A DNA stretch of 64,000 nucleotides, taken from NCBI RefSeq assembly GCF_009914755.1, contig NC_060933.1. One strand, given 5' to 3'. The translations under genes were made by a program, and so were the position numbers. The notes under the pieces were generated by a model. That model was not told the DNA's origin. It was given only the letters and a program-made list of their open reading frames with translations, and did no database searches. Origin of the DNA: the human T2T-CHM13v2.0 reference genome, Homo sapiens. Positions 51,721 through 64,000 of the stretch are shown one piece after another (position 1 is the first letter of the stretch; each line of letters begins with the position of its first letter).

Positions 51721-52024
51721 TTTTTTTTTTTTTTTTGAGACAGAGGCTTGCTCTGTCGCCCAGGCTGGAGTGCAGTGGTGAGATCTTGGCTCACTTCAAC
51801 TTCTGCCTCCCCAGTTCAAGCAAATCTTGTGCCTCAGCCTCCCTAGTAGCTGGGACTACAGGCGTGTGCCACCAAGCCTGGCTAATTTTTGTATTTTTAG
51901 TAGAAATGGGGTTTCACTGTGGTCAGTTTGGCCACGCTGGTCTCAAACTCCTGACTTCAAGTGATCCACCTGCCTCAACCTCCCGAAGTACTGGGATTAC
52001 AGGCCTAAGCTACCCCGCCTGGCC
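51721..52024 (-). mobile_element. Alu (S or J)
   Basis: Poly(T) followed by a full reverse Alu ending cctggcc. Confidence 0.92.
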
Positions 52025-52029
52025 AATTG

Positions 52030-52828
52030 AGCATGTTTTTAAGGGTTTATTTGTGGAGTCTTTATTCTGTTCCATTGATTTATGTGTCTACCCCTCAGCC
52101 AGTACCATGATTCTTGTAGCCACAGTATGCCTTGACATTGGGAGGAGTGATTCTTCTTATTTAATTAGTTTTGGTTCAAAATCGTCTACTCTAGGAACTG
52201 TGTTTCCATATAAATTTTGGACTAAATTTGTTTAAGTCTGAAAAAAAAAAGCCCTGAGATTCTGAGAGTAATTGTGTTAAGCCTATACCTTTGTGGAGAA
52301 ATGACATGTTTACTATACTGAGTCTTTCAGTCAATGAACACCATATGTATCTCCATTAATTTAGGTTTTCTTTCATTTATTTCATCAACAATTTGTCATT
52401 TCTATCACACAGATTCTGTACATGTTTTGTTAGTTTTATACTTAATAATTGTATTATCTCTGTAGTGGTTTTAAATGCTATTGCATTTTTGGTTTTGATT
52501 TCTATTATCAGCACGTAATTGATTTTTGCATGTTGATCTTGTATCCAATGACATTAATGAATTCATATATTATTTCTAGAAGGTTTTTAAAAAAGATTCC
52601 TTGAATTCTTCTACAAAGACATTATGCCATCTACAAATAGAGATAATTTTATTTATTCTTTTCCAATCTGTGTGCCTTTTATTTATTTTTCTTGCCTTAC
52701 TGGAGTGGCTGGAACATCCAGTAATATGTGGAATAAAAGTGATGAGAGCCACCATCCTTTTTTTGTTCCCAATTTTAGAGGAAAAGAATTAAGCCTTTCA
52801 CCATTAAGGATGATGTTAGCTGTAGGGA
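52030..52828 (-). mobile_element. Old L1M ORF2 fragment
   Basis: [17 protein letters not shown] in ORF 52683-52871. Confidence 0.8.
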
Positions 52829-53118
52829 TTTTTTTGAAAGTAAACCAGTATTTATTAGCAAATATGGACAAAACAACTCATACAATCTATCCTGTAGGCA
52901 AATGAAGCCTCAGTTCTCCGTCATTTTAGGTTCTGAAGCCACCGTCTTGCATCGAAGGTGCACTAAAGGTAGATGTGACACGACACCAGAGATGGGTATC
53001 TTACGATTAGCATCAAGGAAACAGGTCAGCCTTCTCACCATTTCTCAGATTCAGGATCATTTAGGGCTCAACACTCAGATGCCATTTCTAAGTGTGCAGC
53101 CTTCTGCACCTCTTACCA
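52829..53118 (-). other. Polyadenylated non-repeat segment (3' transduction or short retrocopy)
   Basis: Poly(T) at 52829-52835 and tttatt (AATAAA) at ~52852; the sequence resembles no repeat I know; abuts an L1MB 3' end. Confidence 0.6.
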
Positions 53119-53119
53119 G

Positions 53120-54151
53120 ATATTTTTATGTTAAAATACACATAACGTAGTACTTATCATTCTAGCCATTTGTAACCATACAATTTGCTTGCATTAAATA
53201 CATTGACAATGTTGTGTAACCAACACTACTATCAATATGCAAAATATTTTCCTTATCCCCAAAATAAACACTGTATGCATTAAGCAATGTCTTCTCATGC
53301 TCCCTTTCAACAAATCCTTGATAACCTCTATTCTACTTTCTGGCTTTGAATTTGCCAGTTCTGGGTACCTCATATAAGGGGAATCATACAATATTTGTGC
53401 TTTATGCCTGGCTTATTCCATTTTACATAATGTTTTTAAAGTCCATCCATCTTTAGCATATATTGCAATTCAGACCTTTTTATGGCTAAATAATATTCCA
53501 TTGTATGCATGTACTACGTTTTGTTGTATATTCATTCATTTATCTGTTGATAGAAACTTGGGTGTTTCCACCTTTTGACTATTGTGAGTAATGCTGCTAT
53601 GAACATCAATGTACAAATATCTGCTCAAGCCCCTGTTTTCAGTTGTTTTGGATATATTGGATATTTGGATGTGTATCTAGGAGTGGAATTGCAAAGTCAC
53701 ATGCTTAATTTTTAGAAGAATTGCCAAACTGTTTTCCATAGAGTCTGCACCATTTTACATTATCAGTAGCAACATATGAGGGTTCTAATTACTTCACAAC
53801 TTAGCCAACACTTATTTTTCTTTTAAAAATTATTATTATTATTATAGCCATTCTAATGAGTGTGATGTGATATCTTCTTGTAGTTTAGATTGGCATTTCC
53901 CTAATGACTAATACATTGAGCATCTTTTCGTGTATTTATTGGCCATTTGTATATCTTCTTTGGAGAAATGTCTATTCAAGATTATTGCCCATTTTAAAAA
54001 TTAGATTGTTTGGTTTGCGGGTTGTTGAGTTGTAGGAGTTCTTTATATATTGTGAATATTCATCTCATTAAATATATAATTTGAAAATTTTCTTTTATTT
54101 AATAGGTTGTCTTTTCACTTTCTGATAGTGTCTGCTACACAAAAGTGCTTA
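53120..54151 (-). mobile_element. L1MB 3' end (continues 61785-64000)
   Basis: aatgttgtgtaaccaacactact and ggtacctcatataaggggaatcataca are L1MB 3' UTR motifs. Confidence 0.85.
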
Positions 54152-57100
54152 TTTTTTTTTTAATTTTTAATTTTTGTGGGTGCATAGCAGCTATGTATAT
54201 TGATGGGGTATGTGAGATACTTTGATACAGGCATGCAAGGTGTAATAATCACATTAGGATAAATAAAGTATCCATCACCTCAAGCATTTATCCTTTGTGT
54301 TAGAAACAATCCGATTATACTCTTTGAGTTATTTTAAAATATACAATTAAATTGTCATTGACTATAGTCACCCTGTTGTGCTATCAAATACTAGGTCTTA
54401 TTAAGTCTTTTAAACTATTTTTGTGCCCGTTAACTATCCCCACTTCCTCCCCCATTCCTCCGCCCCACCTCCAACCTCCCTACTATCTTCCCAGTCTCTG
54501 GTAACCTTGCTTCTGCTCTATATCTCCATGACTTCAATTGTTTTGATTTTTAGATCCCACAAATAAGTAAGAACATGTAACGTTTGTTTTTTGGTGCCTG
54601 GCTTATTTCACTTAACATAATGATCTCTAGTTCCATACATGTTGTTGCAAATCACAGGATCTTGTTCTTTTTTATGGCTGAAGAATACTCCATTGTGTAT
54701 ATGTACCACATTTTCTTTATCCATTCATCTGTTGATGGACACTTAGGTTGCTTCCAAATCTTGGCTATTGAGGATAGTACTGTGAGAATAGTGCTGCAAT
54801 AAATGTGGGAGTACAGAAATCTCTTCAATACACTGATTTTCCTTCTTTTGGGTCTATACCTAGCAGTGGGATTGCTGGATCATATAGTAGCTCTGTTTTT
54901 AGTTTCTTGAGGAACCTCCAAACTCTTCTCGATAGTGGTTGTACTACTTTACATTCCCAACAGTGTACAAGGGTTCCCTTTTCTCCACATCCTCACCAGC
55001 ATTTGTCATTGCCTTTTGAATAAAAGCTATTTTGACTGGGGTGAGATGATATCTGCTTGTAGTTTTGATTTACATTTATCTGATGATCAACGATGTTGAG
55101 CACCTTTTCATTTACCTGTTTTACATTTGCATGTCTTCTTTTGAGAAATGTCTATTGAGATCTTTTGCCCATTTTAAAATCAGATTATTAGATTTTTTTC
55201 CTATAGAACTGTTTGAGCTTTTATATTCTGGTTATTAATTCCTTGTAAGATGGGTAGTTTGCAAATATTTTCTCCCAATCTGTGGGTTGTCTCTTCACTT
55301 TGTCAATTGTTTCCTTTGCTGTGCAGAAGTTTTTTAAGTTAATGTGATCCCATATGTCCATTTTTGCTTTGGTTGCCTGTGCTTTTGGGGCATTACTCAG
55401 GAAATCTTTGTCCAGTTCAATGTCCTAGAGAGTTTCCTCAATTCTTTCTTTTAGTGGTTTTGTAGTTTGAGGTCTTAGATATAAGCATTTAATTCATTTT
55501 GATTTGATTTTTGTGTATGATGAGAGATAGCGGTCTAGTTTCATTCTTCTGCATATTGATATCCAGTTTTCCCAGCACCATTTATTGAAGAGACTTTCTT
55601 CTCCCAAACGCATGTTCTTGACCTTTGTTGAAAAGGAGTTCATTGTAGGTGTGTGAATTTGTTTCTGGGTTGTCTGTTCTGTGCCATTAGTCTATGTGTC
55701 TGTTTTTATGTCAGTACCATGCTGTTTTGGTTGCTATAGTTTTGTAGTATAATTTGAAGTCAGATAATGTGATTCCTCCAGTTTTGTTCTTTTTGCTTAG
55801 GATAACTTTGGCTATTCTGGGTCTTTTGTGGTTCCATATAAATTTTAGGATTTTTTTTTCTATTTCTGTGAGGAGTATTATTGGTATTTTGATATGGATT
55901 GCACTGAATATGTAGATTTCTTTGGGTAGTATAGACATTTTAACAATATTGATTCTTCCAATCCATCAAAAATATTGACTCTTCCATTCCAAAAATGAAA
56001 TATTCTTCCCATTTCTTGGTGTCCTTTTCAATTTCTTCCATGAATGTTTTATAGTTTTTATCATAGAAATCTTTCACGTCTGTGGTTAATTCTTAGATAC
56101 CTTATTTCATTTGTGGCTATTGTAAATGCGATTACTTTCTTTATTTCTTTTTCTGATTCTTTGCCATTGGTATAAAGAAATGCTACTGATTTTTGGATGT
56201 TGATTTTGTATCTTGCAGCTGTACTGAATTTATCAGTTCTAACAGTTTTTTGGTGGAGTCATTAGGTTTTTCCAAATGTGAGATCATATCGCCTGCAAAT
56301 AAGGATAGTTTGACTTCTTTCTTTCCAGTTTGGATGCCCTTTATTTCTTTCTCTTGTCTGATTTCTCTAGCTAGGACTTCCAGTATTATGTGGAATAACA
56401 GAGGTGAAAGTGGGCATCCTTGTCTTTTTCCAGATCTTAGAGGAAAGGCTTTTAGTTTTTCCTTGTTCAGTGTGATACTAGTTGTGGGTCTCTCATATAT
56501 GGCTTTTATTTTGTTGGGTGTGTTCATTCTATATCTAGTTTTTAAAGGGTTTTTATCATGAAGGGATGTTGAACTTTGTCAATTTTTTTCAGCATCAATT
56601 GAAATGATCATAGTGTTCTTAATCCTTTATTCTGTTGATATAATGTATCACATTGATTGATTTGCATATATTGAACCATCTTTGCATCTCTGGGAATCCC
56701 ACTTGGTCATTATGAATGATATTTTTAATGTATTGTAGAATTTAGTTGATAATTTTTGCATCAATATTCAAAGGGATATTGATCTGTAGTTTGTTTGTTT
56801 GTTTTTTAGTGTGTCTTTGGTTTTGGTATGAGGGCAATACTGACCTCATAGAATGAGTTTGGAAGTATTCCCTCCTCCTCTATATTTTAAGTAGTTTGAG
56901 TAGGATTGGTATTAATTCTTCTTTAAGTGCTTTGTAGAATTCAGCAATGGAGACTCAGGTCCCTGGGTTTTCTTTACCGGGAGAAATTTTATTATGGTTT
57001 CTATCTCATTACTTGTTACTGGTCTCTTCAGGTTTTGGATTTCTTCATGGTTCAATCTTGGTAGGGTGTATATGTCTAGGAATTTATCATTTCTTCTAGA

Positions 57101-60100
57101 TTTTCCAATTTATTAGCATATAGTTGCTCCTAGTAGCCACTAATGATCCTTTGGATTTCTGGTGTATTGGTTTTAATGTCTCCTTTTCTGTCTTTGATTT
57201 TGTTTATTTGGGTCTTCTCTCGTTTTTCTTAGTCTGGCTAAAGGCTTGTCAATTTTATTTATCTTTTCAAAAATCCAACTTTTTGTTTTGTTGATCTTAT
57301 TATTTTCTTCACTTCAGTTGCATTTATTTCTGCTCTTATCTTTATTATTTCTTCTGCTAATCTTGAGTTTAGTTTCTCTTGCTTTTCTAGTTCTTTAAGA
57401 TGCTTTGTTATGTCATTGATTTGAAGTTTTTTCTTTTCTTTTTCTACATAGGCACTTATAGCTATAAACTTCCCTCTTAATACTACTTCCACTTTATCAC
57501 ATAGGTTTTGGTATGTTGTGTTTCCACTGTCATTTGTTTCAATAAATTTTTCAATTTTCTTCTTAATTTCTTTACTGACCCAGTTGTTATCCATTGATCC
57601 ATGTATTTGTATAGTTTCAAAAATTCCTCTTGTTATTGATTTCTAGTTTTATTCCATTGTGGTCAGAGAAGATGGTAGATATTATTTCAATTCTTTGAAT
57701 GTTTTAATAATTGTTTTGTGACCTAACATATGGTCTATCCTTGAGAATGATATGCTGAGGAGAAGAATGTGTATTCTGCAGCTATTGGATGAAATGTTCT
57801 GTAAACAACTATTAGGTACATTTGGTCTATAGTGGAGATTAAGTCCAATGTTTCTTTGTTGATTTTCTGTCTGGCAATGCTGAGAGTGGGGTGTTGAAAT
57901 CCCCAGCTTTTATTGTATTGGAGTCTATTTCTCTCTTTAACTCTAATAATATTTGCTTTATATATCTGGGTGCTCCAAATTGGGTGCATTTATATTTACA
58001 ATTGTTATATCTTCTTGCTGAATTGACCCCTTAATCATTATATAATGAAATTCTTTGTCTCTTTTTATAGTTTTTATCTTGAAATCTATTTTGTCTGATA
58101 TAAGTATAGCTACTACTCCTCTTTTTCAGTTTCCATTGTCATAGAATATCTTTTTCCATTTCTTTATTTTCAGTCTATCTGTGTCTTTATAGGTAAAGTG
58201 TGTTTCTTGTAGGCAATGGATCATTAGGTCTTGTTTTTTCATCCATTCAGCCAGTCTATGTCCCCTGATTGAGGAGTTAGTCCATTTACATTTAATGTTA
58301 TGATCGATAGACAAGGATTTACTCCTGCCATTTTGTTACTTATTTTCTGGTTGTTTTATGTTCTTCTTCTTCTTTGTTACCTGTCTTCCTTTTAGTGAAG
58401 GTGATTTTCTCGGGTGATATGATTTAATATCTTGCTTTTTATTTTTTATGTATCTGTTGTATGTTTTTTGATTTGGGGTTACCTTGAGGCTTGCAAACAT
58501 TGTCTTATAACCCATTATTTTAAACTGATGACAACTTAACACTGATTGCATAAAAAACAAGCAAAAGGAAAATGAATAAAAACTCTGCACTTTAATTTTG
58601 TCCCTCCACTTTTAAACTTTTTGTTGTTCTATTTATATCTTATCGTATGTCTATGTCTTGCAAAGTTGTTATAGCTCTTATTTTGATTAGTTCATCTTTT
58701 AGTCTTTCAACTTAAGATAAGAGTAGTTTACACACCACAATTACAGTGTTATAATATTCTGTGTTTTTCTGTTTACTTACTATTACCAGTGAGTTTTGTA
58801 CCTTCAGATGATCCCTTATTGCTCAATAACATCCTTTTCCTTCTGATTGAAGAACTCCCTTTAGCATTTCTTGTAGGACAGGCCTGCTGTTGAAATCCCT
58901 TGACTTTTGTTTGTCTGGGAAAGTCTTTATTTCTCCTTTACATTTGAAGGATATTTTCACCAGATATACTATTCTAGGGTAAAAGTTTTCTTCCTTCAGC
59001 ACTTTAAATATGCTATGCTGTTCTTTCCTGGCCTGTAAGGTTTCCACTGAAAAGTCTGTTGCCAGACATATTGGAGCTCTGTTACATGTCATTTGTTTCT
59101 TTTCTCTTGCTGCTTTTAGGATTCTTTCTTTATCCTTGACCTTTGGGAATCTGATTATTAAATGTCTTGAGTTAGTCTTCTTTGAGTTAAAACTGCTTGG
59201 TGCTTTGCAACCTTCTTGTACATGAATGTTGATATCTTTCTCCAGTTTTGGAAAGTTCTTGGTTATTATCTCTGAACAAACTTCTCTACACTATCTCTTT
59301 CTCAACCTCCTCCTTAAGGCCAATAACTCTCAGATTTACCCGTTTGAGGCTATCTTCTAGATCTTGTAGGCATGCTTCATTCTTTTGTATTCTTTTTTTT
59401 CTTTTGTCTCCTCTGATTGTGTATTTTCAAATAGCCTGTCTTCAAATTCACTAATTCTTTCTTTTGCTTAATTCTGCTATTAAGAAACTCTGATGCATTC
59501 TTCAGTATGTTAATTGCATTTTTCAACTCAAGAATTTTTGCTTCTTTTAAATTATTTCAATCTTTTGTTAAATTTATCTGTTGGACTTCTAAATTCCTTC
59601 TCTGTGTTATCTTGAATTTCTTTGAGTTTTCTCAAAACAGCTATTTTGAATTCTCTGTCTGAAAGGTCACATATCTCTGTTTCTCTGGGGTTGGTCCCTG
59701 GTGCCTTCTTTAGTTGTTTGGGGAGGTCATGTTTTCCTGGATGGTCTTGATGCCCGTGGATGTTCATCAGTTTCTGGGCATTGAAGAGTTAGGTATTTAT
59801 TGTAGTCTTCACAGTCTAAGCTTGTTTGTACCTGTCCTTCTTAGGAAGGCTTTCCAGATAATCGAAGGGACTTGAGTGTTGTGGTCTAAGCCATATCTGC
59901 ATTAGGGAGTACCCCAAACCCAGTAATTCTGTGGCTCTTGCAGACTCATAGAGCTACTGCCTTGGTGGTCTTGAATAACATCTAGAAGAGACTCTTGTTC
60001 TGTTCCCTTACTTTCTCCCAAACAAATGAATTATCTCTCTCTCTGCTGAGCCACCTGGAACTAGGAGTGGGGTGACAAAAGTACCACTCTGGCCACCACT

Positions 60101-61773
60101 GATGGAACTGCTCTGGGTCAGACCTCAATCCAGCACAGCACTGGGTCTCACCCAAGGCCTGCTGTAACTACTACTTAGCTACTGCCTATGTTCTCTCATG
60201 GCCTTAGGGTTTTACAATCAGCAGGTAGTAAAGCCAACCAGGCTTGTGTCCTTCCCTTTACAATAGCGAGTTACCCAAGGCCTTGGGCAGGTCCAGAGAT
60301 GCCATCTGGGAGCCAGGGACTGGAGTTAAAAACCTTAGAAATCTACCTGCTACTCTATTCTAATGTGGCTAAGCTGGTACTTATACCACAAGACTAAGTC
60401 CTTCCTGCTCTTCCTCCCCTTTCCACAGGCAGAGGAACCTCTACTTATGGTCGTCATGACCACCAACACATGGGGGGTACTGCCAGGCTCCCACTGATGT
60501 TCACTTAAGACTCATGGGCTCTTCAGTCAGCTTGTGGTGAATGCTGCCGGGCCTGAAACTTACCCTTCAGGTCAATGAGCTCCCCTCTGGCCCAGGGCAA
60601 GTCCAGAAATGCCATCCAGGAACCAAGGGCTGGAATCGAGGATTATAAGAGCCCACCTGGTGCTCTACCAGGCCAGCTGTGGCCAAGCTGGTACCTAAAA
60701 TGCGAGACTAAATCTCCTTTACTTTTCCCTTTTCTTTTCTCAAGCAGAAAGAATCTTTTACTGCAGCTACCACAGCTGGAAATGTGCTGCATCTCACTGG
60801 AAGGCAGCATGTCTCAGAGTCTCACCCAAGGCCCATGGCATATTACCTGGGTATTGCTGCTGGTTCTTCAGGGCCCAAGGGCTCTTTAGTCAGCATATGT
60901 TGAATCCTGCCAGGACTGAGTCCTTGCCTTCCAAGAAGCAGGTTCCCCTGGCACAGGGTGTGCCTAGAAATGTCATTTGGGAGCTAGGGCCTGGAATGGG
61001 TGTCCCATGATTCTGCCTGGTACCCTATCCTATAGTGGTTGAGCTGGTCTCTAAGGTGCAAGACAAAGTCTTCTTTACTCCCTCCTCTCCTCTTCTCTAG
61101 GGGAAAGGAGCCACTTTTGTTGCTGTGAGCTGTGCTCCCTGGGGAAGGAGGTTTAGGCTGGTGCAATCACTCCCTTAGCCACTCTAGCTGGTGTCTCTCT
61201 AGGTCATATGCCCCAAAATGTCCACTGGCTCTGAGCCTACCACAGCACTAGGACTTGCCTATGAATTGTAGTCCTTGCAGCCTAGACTGCCTTTCAAGTG
61301 TATTTAGGATCCCAGAGCCCTTTATCCCGCAGTGGTTAGACTTGCCAAAATTCAGGTTCTGACCACTGGGATGGGCAATTCCCCTCCAGCTAGGGCTGGT
61401 CCAAACTCCCCCTCTGTGAGCAAGTGTTGTCTGAGTTTAGCCCCGTTTTGCTTTCTGCTGTGACAGAGAAACACTGAGTTCAGTGCAGGGTCCCATAATC
61501 ACTGAACTCTCTCTCCCCTAAGTGCACAGATTCTCCATGCCACATGACCACTGTCGGGATGGGAGAGGTGTGGCGTTGGTGATTCAAGATTGTCTTTCCA
61601 AGCTTCTTCATTGTCTCTTTTAGCAATATGAAGTCAAAACCAGATGCTGAATTATTTGCCTGATTTTTGATTCTTAAGAAGGTGTTTCTTCTGTGTATAT
61701 AGTTGTTAACTTTGGTCTTCCTGCAGGAGAGACAATTGGTGAAGGCTTCTATTCAACCATCTTGCTCCACCCT
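54152..61773 (-). mobile_element. Full-length L1MA (L1MA2/3-like), ~7.6 kb
   Basis: 3' UTR at 54152; ORF2 fragments 55711-58314; ORF1 fragments 58823-59767; 5' UTR with internal repeats; 5' terminus ccatcttgctccacc. Confidence 0.9.
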
Positions 61774-62557
61774 CTCCCAAACATACTTGATTTTGATGAA
61801 ATCCAATTTATCTATTTTTTGATTTTGTTGCCTGAACTTTTTATGTCATCTAAGAATCATTGCCAAAGCCAATGTTGGGAAGATTTTTCCCTAATGTTGT
61901 CTTTTAAGAGTTTTATAGTTTTAGCTCTTAAGCTTAGGTCTTTGATACATTTTGGATTAGTTTTTGTAGATAATATAAGGTAAGAATCCAACTTCATTCT
62001 TTGGCTTGTGGATATCTAGTTTTCCACATCACTTGTTGAAGAGACAAATGTCTTTTCCCCAAAGACAAGCGTCATTTCCCCATTGCATGGTATTGGCACC
62101 CTTGCCAAAAATCAAATGACCACACTTATGAGAGTTTATTTCTAGGTTCTCTATCCTATTCCACTGGGCTGTGTATCTGTCTTTATGGCTGTACCATTTT
62201 GTTTTAATTAGTATGTTTTAATGTTTAGAAGTTTGAATCCTCCAACTTTATTGTTCTTTTTCAAGATTACTTTGGCTATTTAGAACTCTTTCCAATTTCA
62301 TATGAATTTGAGGATAAGCTTTTACATTTATGCAAAAAAGGCTGTTGGAATTTTGATAAGATTGTGTTGATTCTAGAGATCTCTGGGTGGTATTGACATC
62401 TTACCATAATTGAGCCTTTGTATCTATGAACATGAAATATATTTTCATTTGTTTAGATATAATTGAATCTCTTTTAGCAATGTTTTGTAATGTTTATGTG
62501 CAAGTCTCTCACTTCCTTGCTTAGATTTACTCCTAATCATTTAATTCTTTTACATAT

Positions 62558-62935
62558 TGTATTAGTCCATTCTCACATTGCTATAAAGAACTACCTGAGA
62601 CTGGGTAATTTATAAAATAAGAGGTTTAATTGACTCACAGTTCCACAGGTTGTACAGGAAGCATGGTTGGGAAACTTTCAGTCATGACAGAAAGCAAAGA
62701 AGTAGGCACGTTTTCCCATGGTGGAGCAGGAAAAAGTGAAGAGGGGAGGTGCTACACACTTTTTAACAACCAGATCTTGTGAAAACTATATCACGAGACA
62801 GTGCTAGGGAGTTGGTGCTAAACCATTAGAAACCATCCCCGTGACCCAATCACCTCCCACTAGGCCCCACTTCCAACACTGGGAATTACAATGCAACATG
62901 AGATTTGGTTGGGGAAACAGAGCCAAACCATATCA
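62558..62935 (-). mobile_element. MSTA-like solo LTR
   Basis: tgtattagtccattctcacattgctataaagaactacc...gccaaaccatatca. Confidence 0.9.
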
Positions 62936-63531
62936 GATACTATTATAAATAAAATTACTTTCTTAATTTCTATTTTGAATTATTCACTGCTGATGTTTGT
63001 GTTTTGATCTTGTACCCTGCAACTTTTCTTAATTTATTAGCTCTAGTAGCTTTCTTCTTAATTCTTTGGGATTTTCTACATATAGAATGATGCCACTTGT
63101 GAATACAGGTAGCTTTATTTCTTTTTTTTTTTTTTCCAATTTTGAAATCTTTTAGTTCTTTTTCTTATCTAATAGCTCTGGCTAGGACTTTTACCACAAT
63201 GTTAGATAGTAGCAGTAAAAACAGGCATCCTTGTCTTGTTCTTGATCTTAGGGGAAAAGCTTTCAATCTTTCACCATTGAGTATGATGTTAGCTGTGGGT
63301 TATTCCTTAATACTCCTTATCATGTTGAACAATTTTCTCTCTATTCCTAGTCTTCTAAGATTTTTTTTTTAATCATGAAAGTCTATTGAATTTTGTCAAA
63401 TGTCTTTACTACATCAATTGAGATTATCATGTGGTTTTGTTTCTTCATTCTATTACTGTGATGTATCACACTGGTTGATTTTCTTATACTGAACCACCCT
63501 TGTATTTCTGAGATAAATCTCTTTTGGTCAT

Positions 63532-63912
63532 TGCTATAATTTGAATGTTTTTCTCCTCTCAAACTCATATTAAAATTTAATTGCTATTGTAACAACACTA
63601 GGAGATGGGACCTTTAAGAGGTAATTAGACAATGAGGGCTCTGCCCTCATGGATGGATTAACACCATTATCATAAGAATGGGTTTGTTATTGAGAGACGG
63701 GGTTCCCTTATTAAAAGAAAGTGTTCCACCCCCCTTTTCTTTGTTGCCGACTCTTTGGCCTTCTGCCATGTGTTGTTTCCATCATGTTATGACACAACAA
63801 GAAGACTCCAGATAGTGGCACCCAGAACTCTGAGAAAATAAATGTATGTTTTTTAAAATAAATTACCCAATCTGTGGTACTCTCTTACGGCAGCATAAAA
63901 CAGACTAAGACA
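63532..63912 (+). mobile_element. MSTB-like solo LTR
   Basis: tgctataatttgaatg...cagactaagaca; TSD g(t/c)cat at 63527 and 63913. Confidence 0.85.
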
Positions 63913-64000
63913 GCCATGGTAACTAATTCTTCCAATATGCTCTTAGATACATGCTAATATTTGGTTAAGGATTTTAGCATCTATATTCATAAAGATTTTT

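Larger units (their letters stand above)
61785..64000 (-). mobile_element. L1MB ORF2 continuation
   Basis: ORF2 fragments such as 63383-63568 ([15 protein letters not shown]); runs off the window edge. Confidence 0.82.

Noticed and set aside
60180-61100. Three diverged ~350-bp direct repeats
   Set aside because: Explained as the internal repeats of the L1MA 5' UTR.

Overview
Primate (most likely human or great-ape) genomic DNA made almost entirely of transposable elements. I can support no intact cellular protein-coding gene, and nearly every ORF in the track is an L1, Alu or ERV fragment. Main content: (1) A ~2.2 kb retrocopy of the lncRNA NORAD (~48770-50992, + strand). It keeps the 5' end, several repeat units and four canonical PUMILIO elements (TGTANATA), and is the best candidate for function. 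(2) A deeply nested insertion complex (~3.4-32.7 kb): L2 > old L1M > an ERVL/MER21-type provirus reduced to LTR-PBS-integrase core-LTR > near full-length L1PB > a complete THE1 with a 336-codon ORF, plus an internally deleted HERV-K(HML-3)/MER9 provirus. Several junctions are marked by TSDs. (3) Independent Alus at the same homologous base of both MER21 LTRs. (4) A ~98% identical ~198 bp templated inverted duplication (35733-35930 / 36674-36871) with a fold-back palindrome. (5) A polyadenylated unique segment at the 3' end of an L1MB (candidate 3' transduction). (6) A near full-length Tigger1, a full-length L1MA and an MLT2/MLT1 composite. Family and subfamily names and the NORAD call come from recalled sequences, not searches. 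Boundaries without TSDs are approximate.
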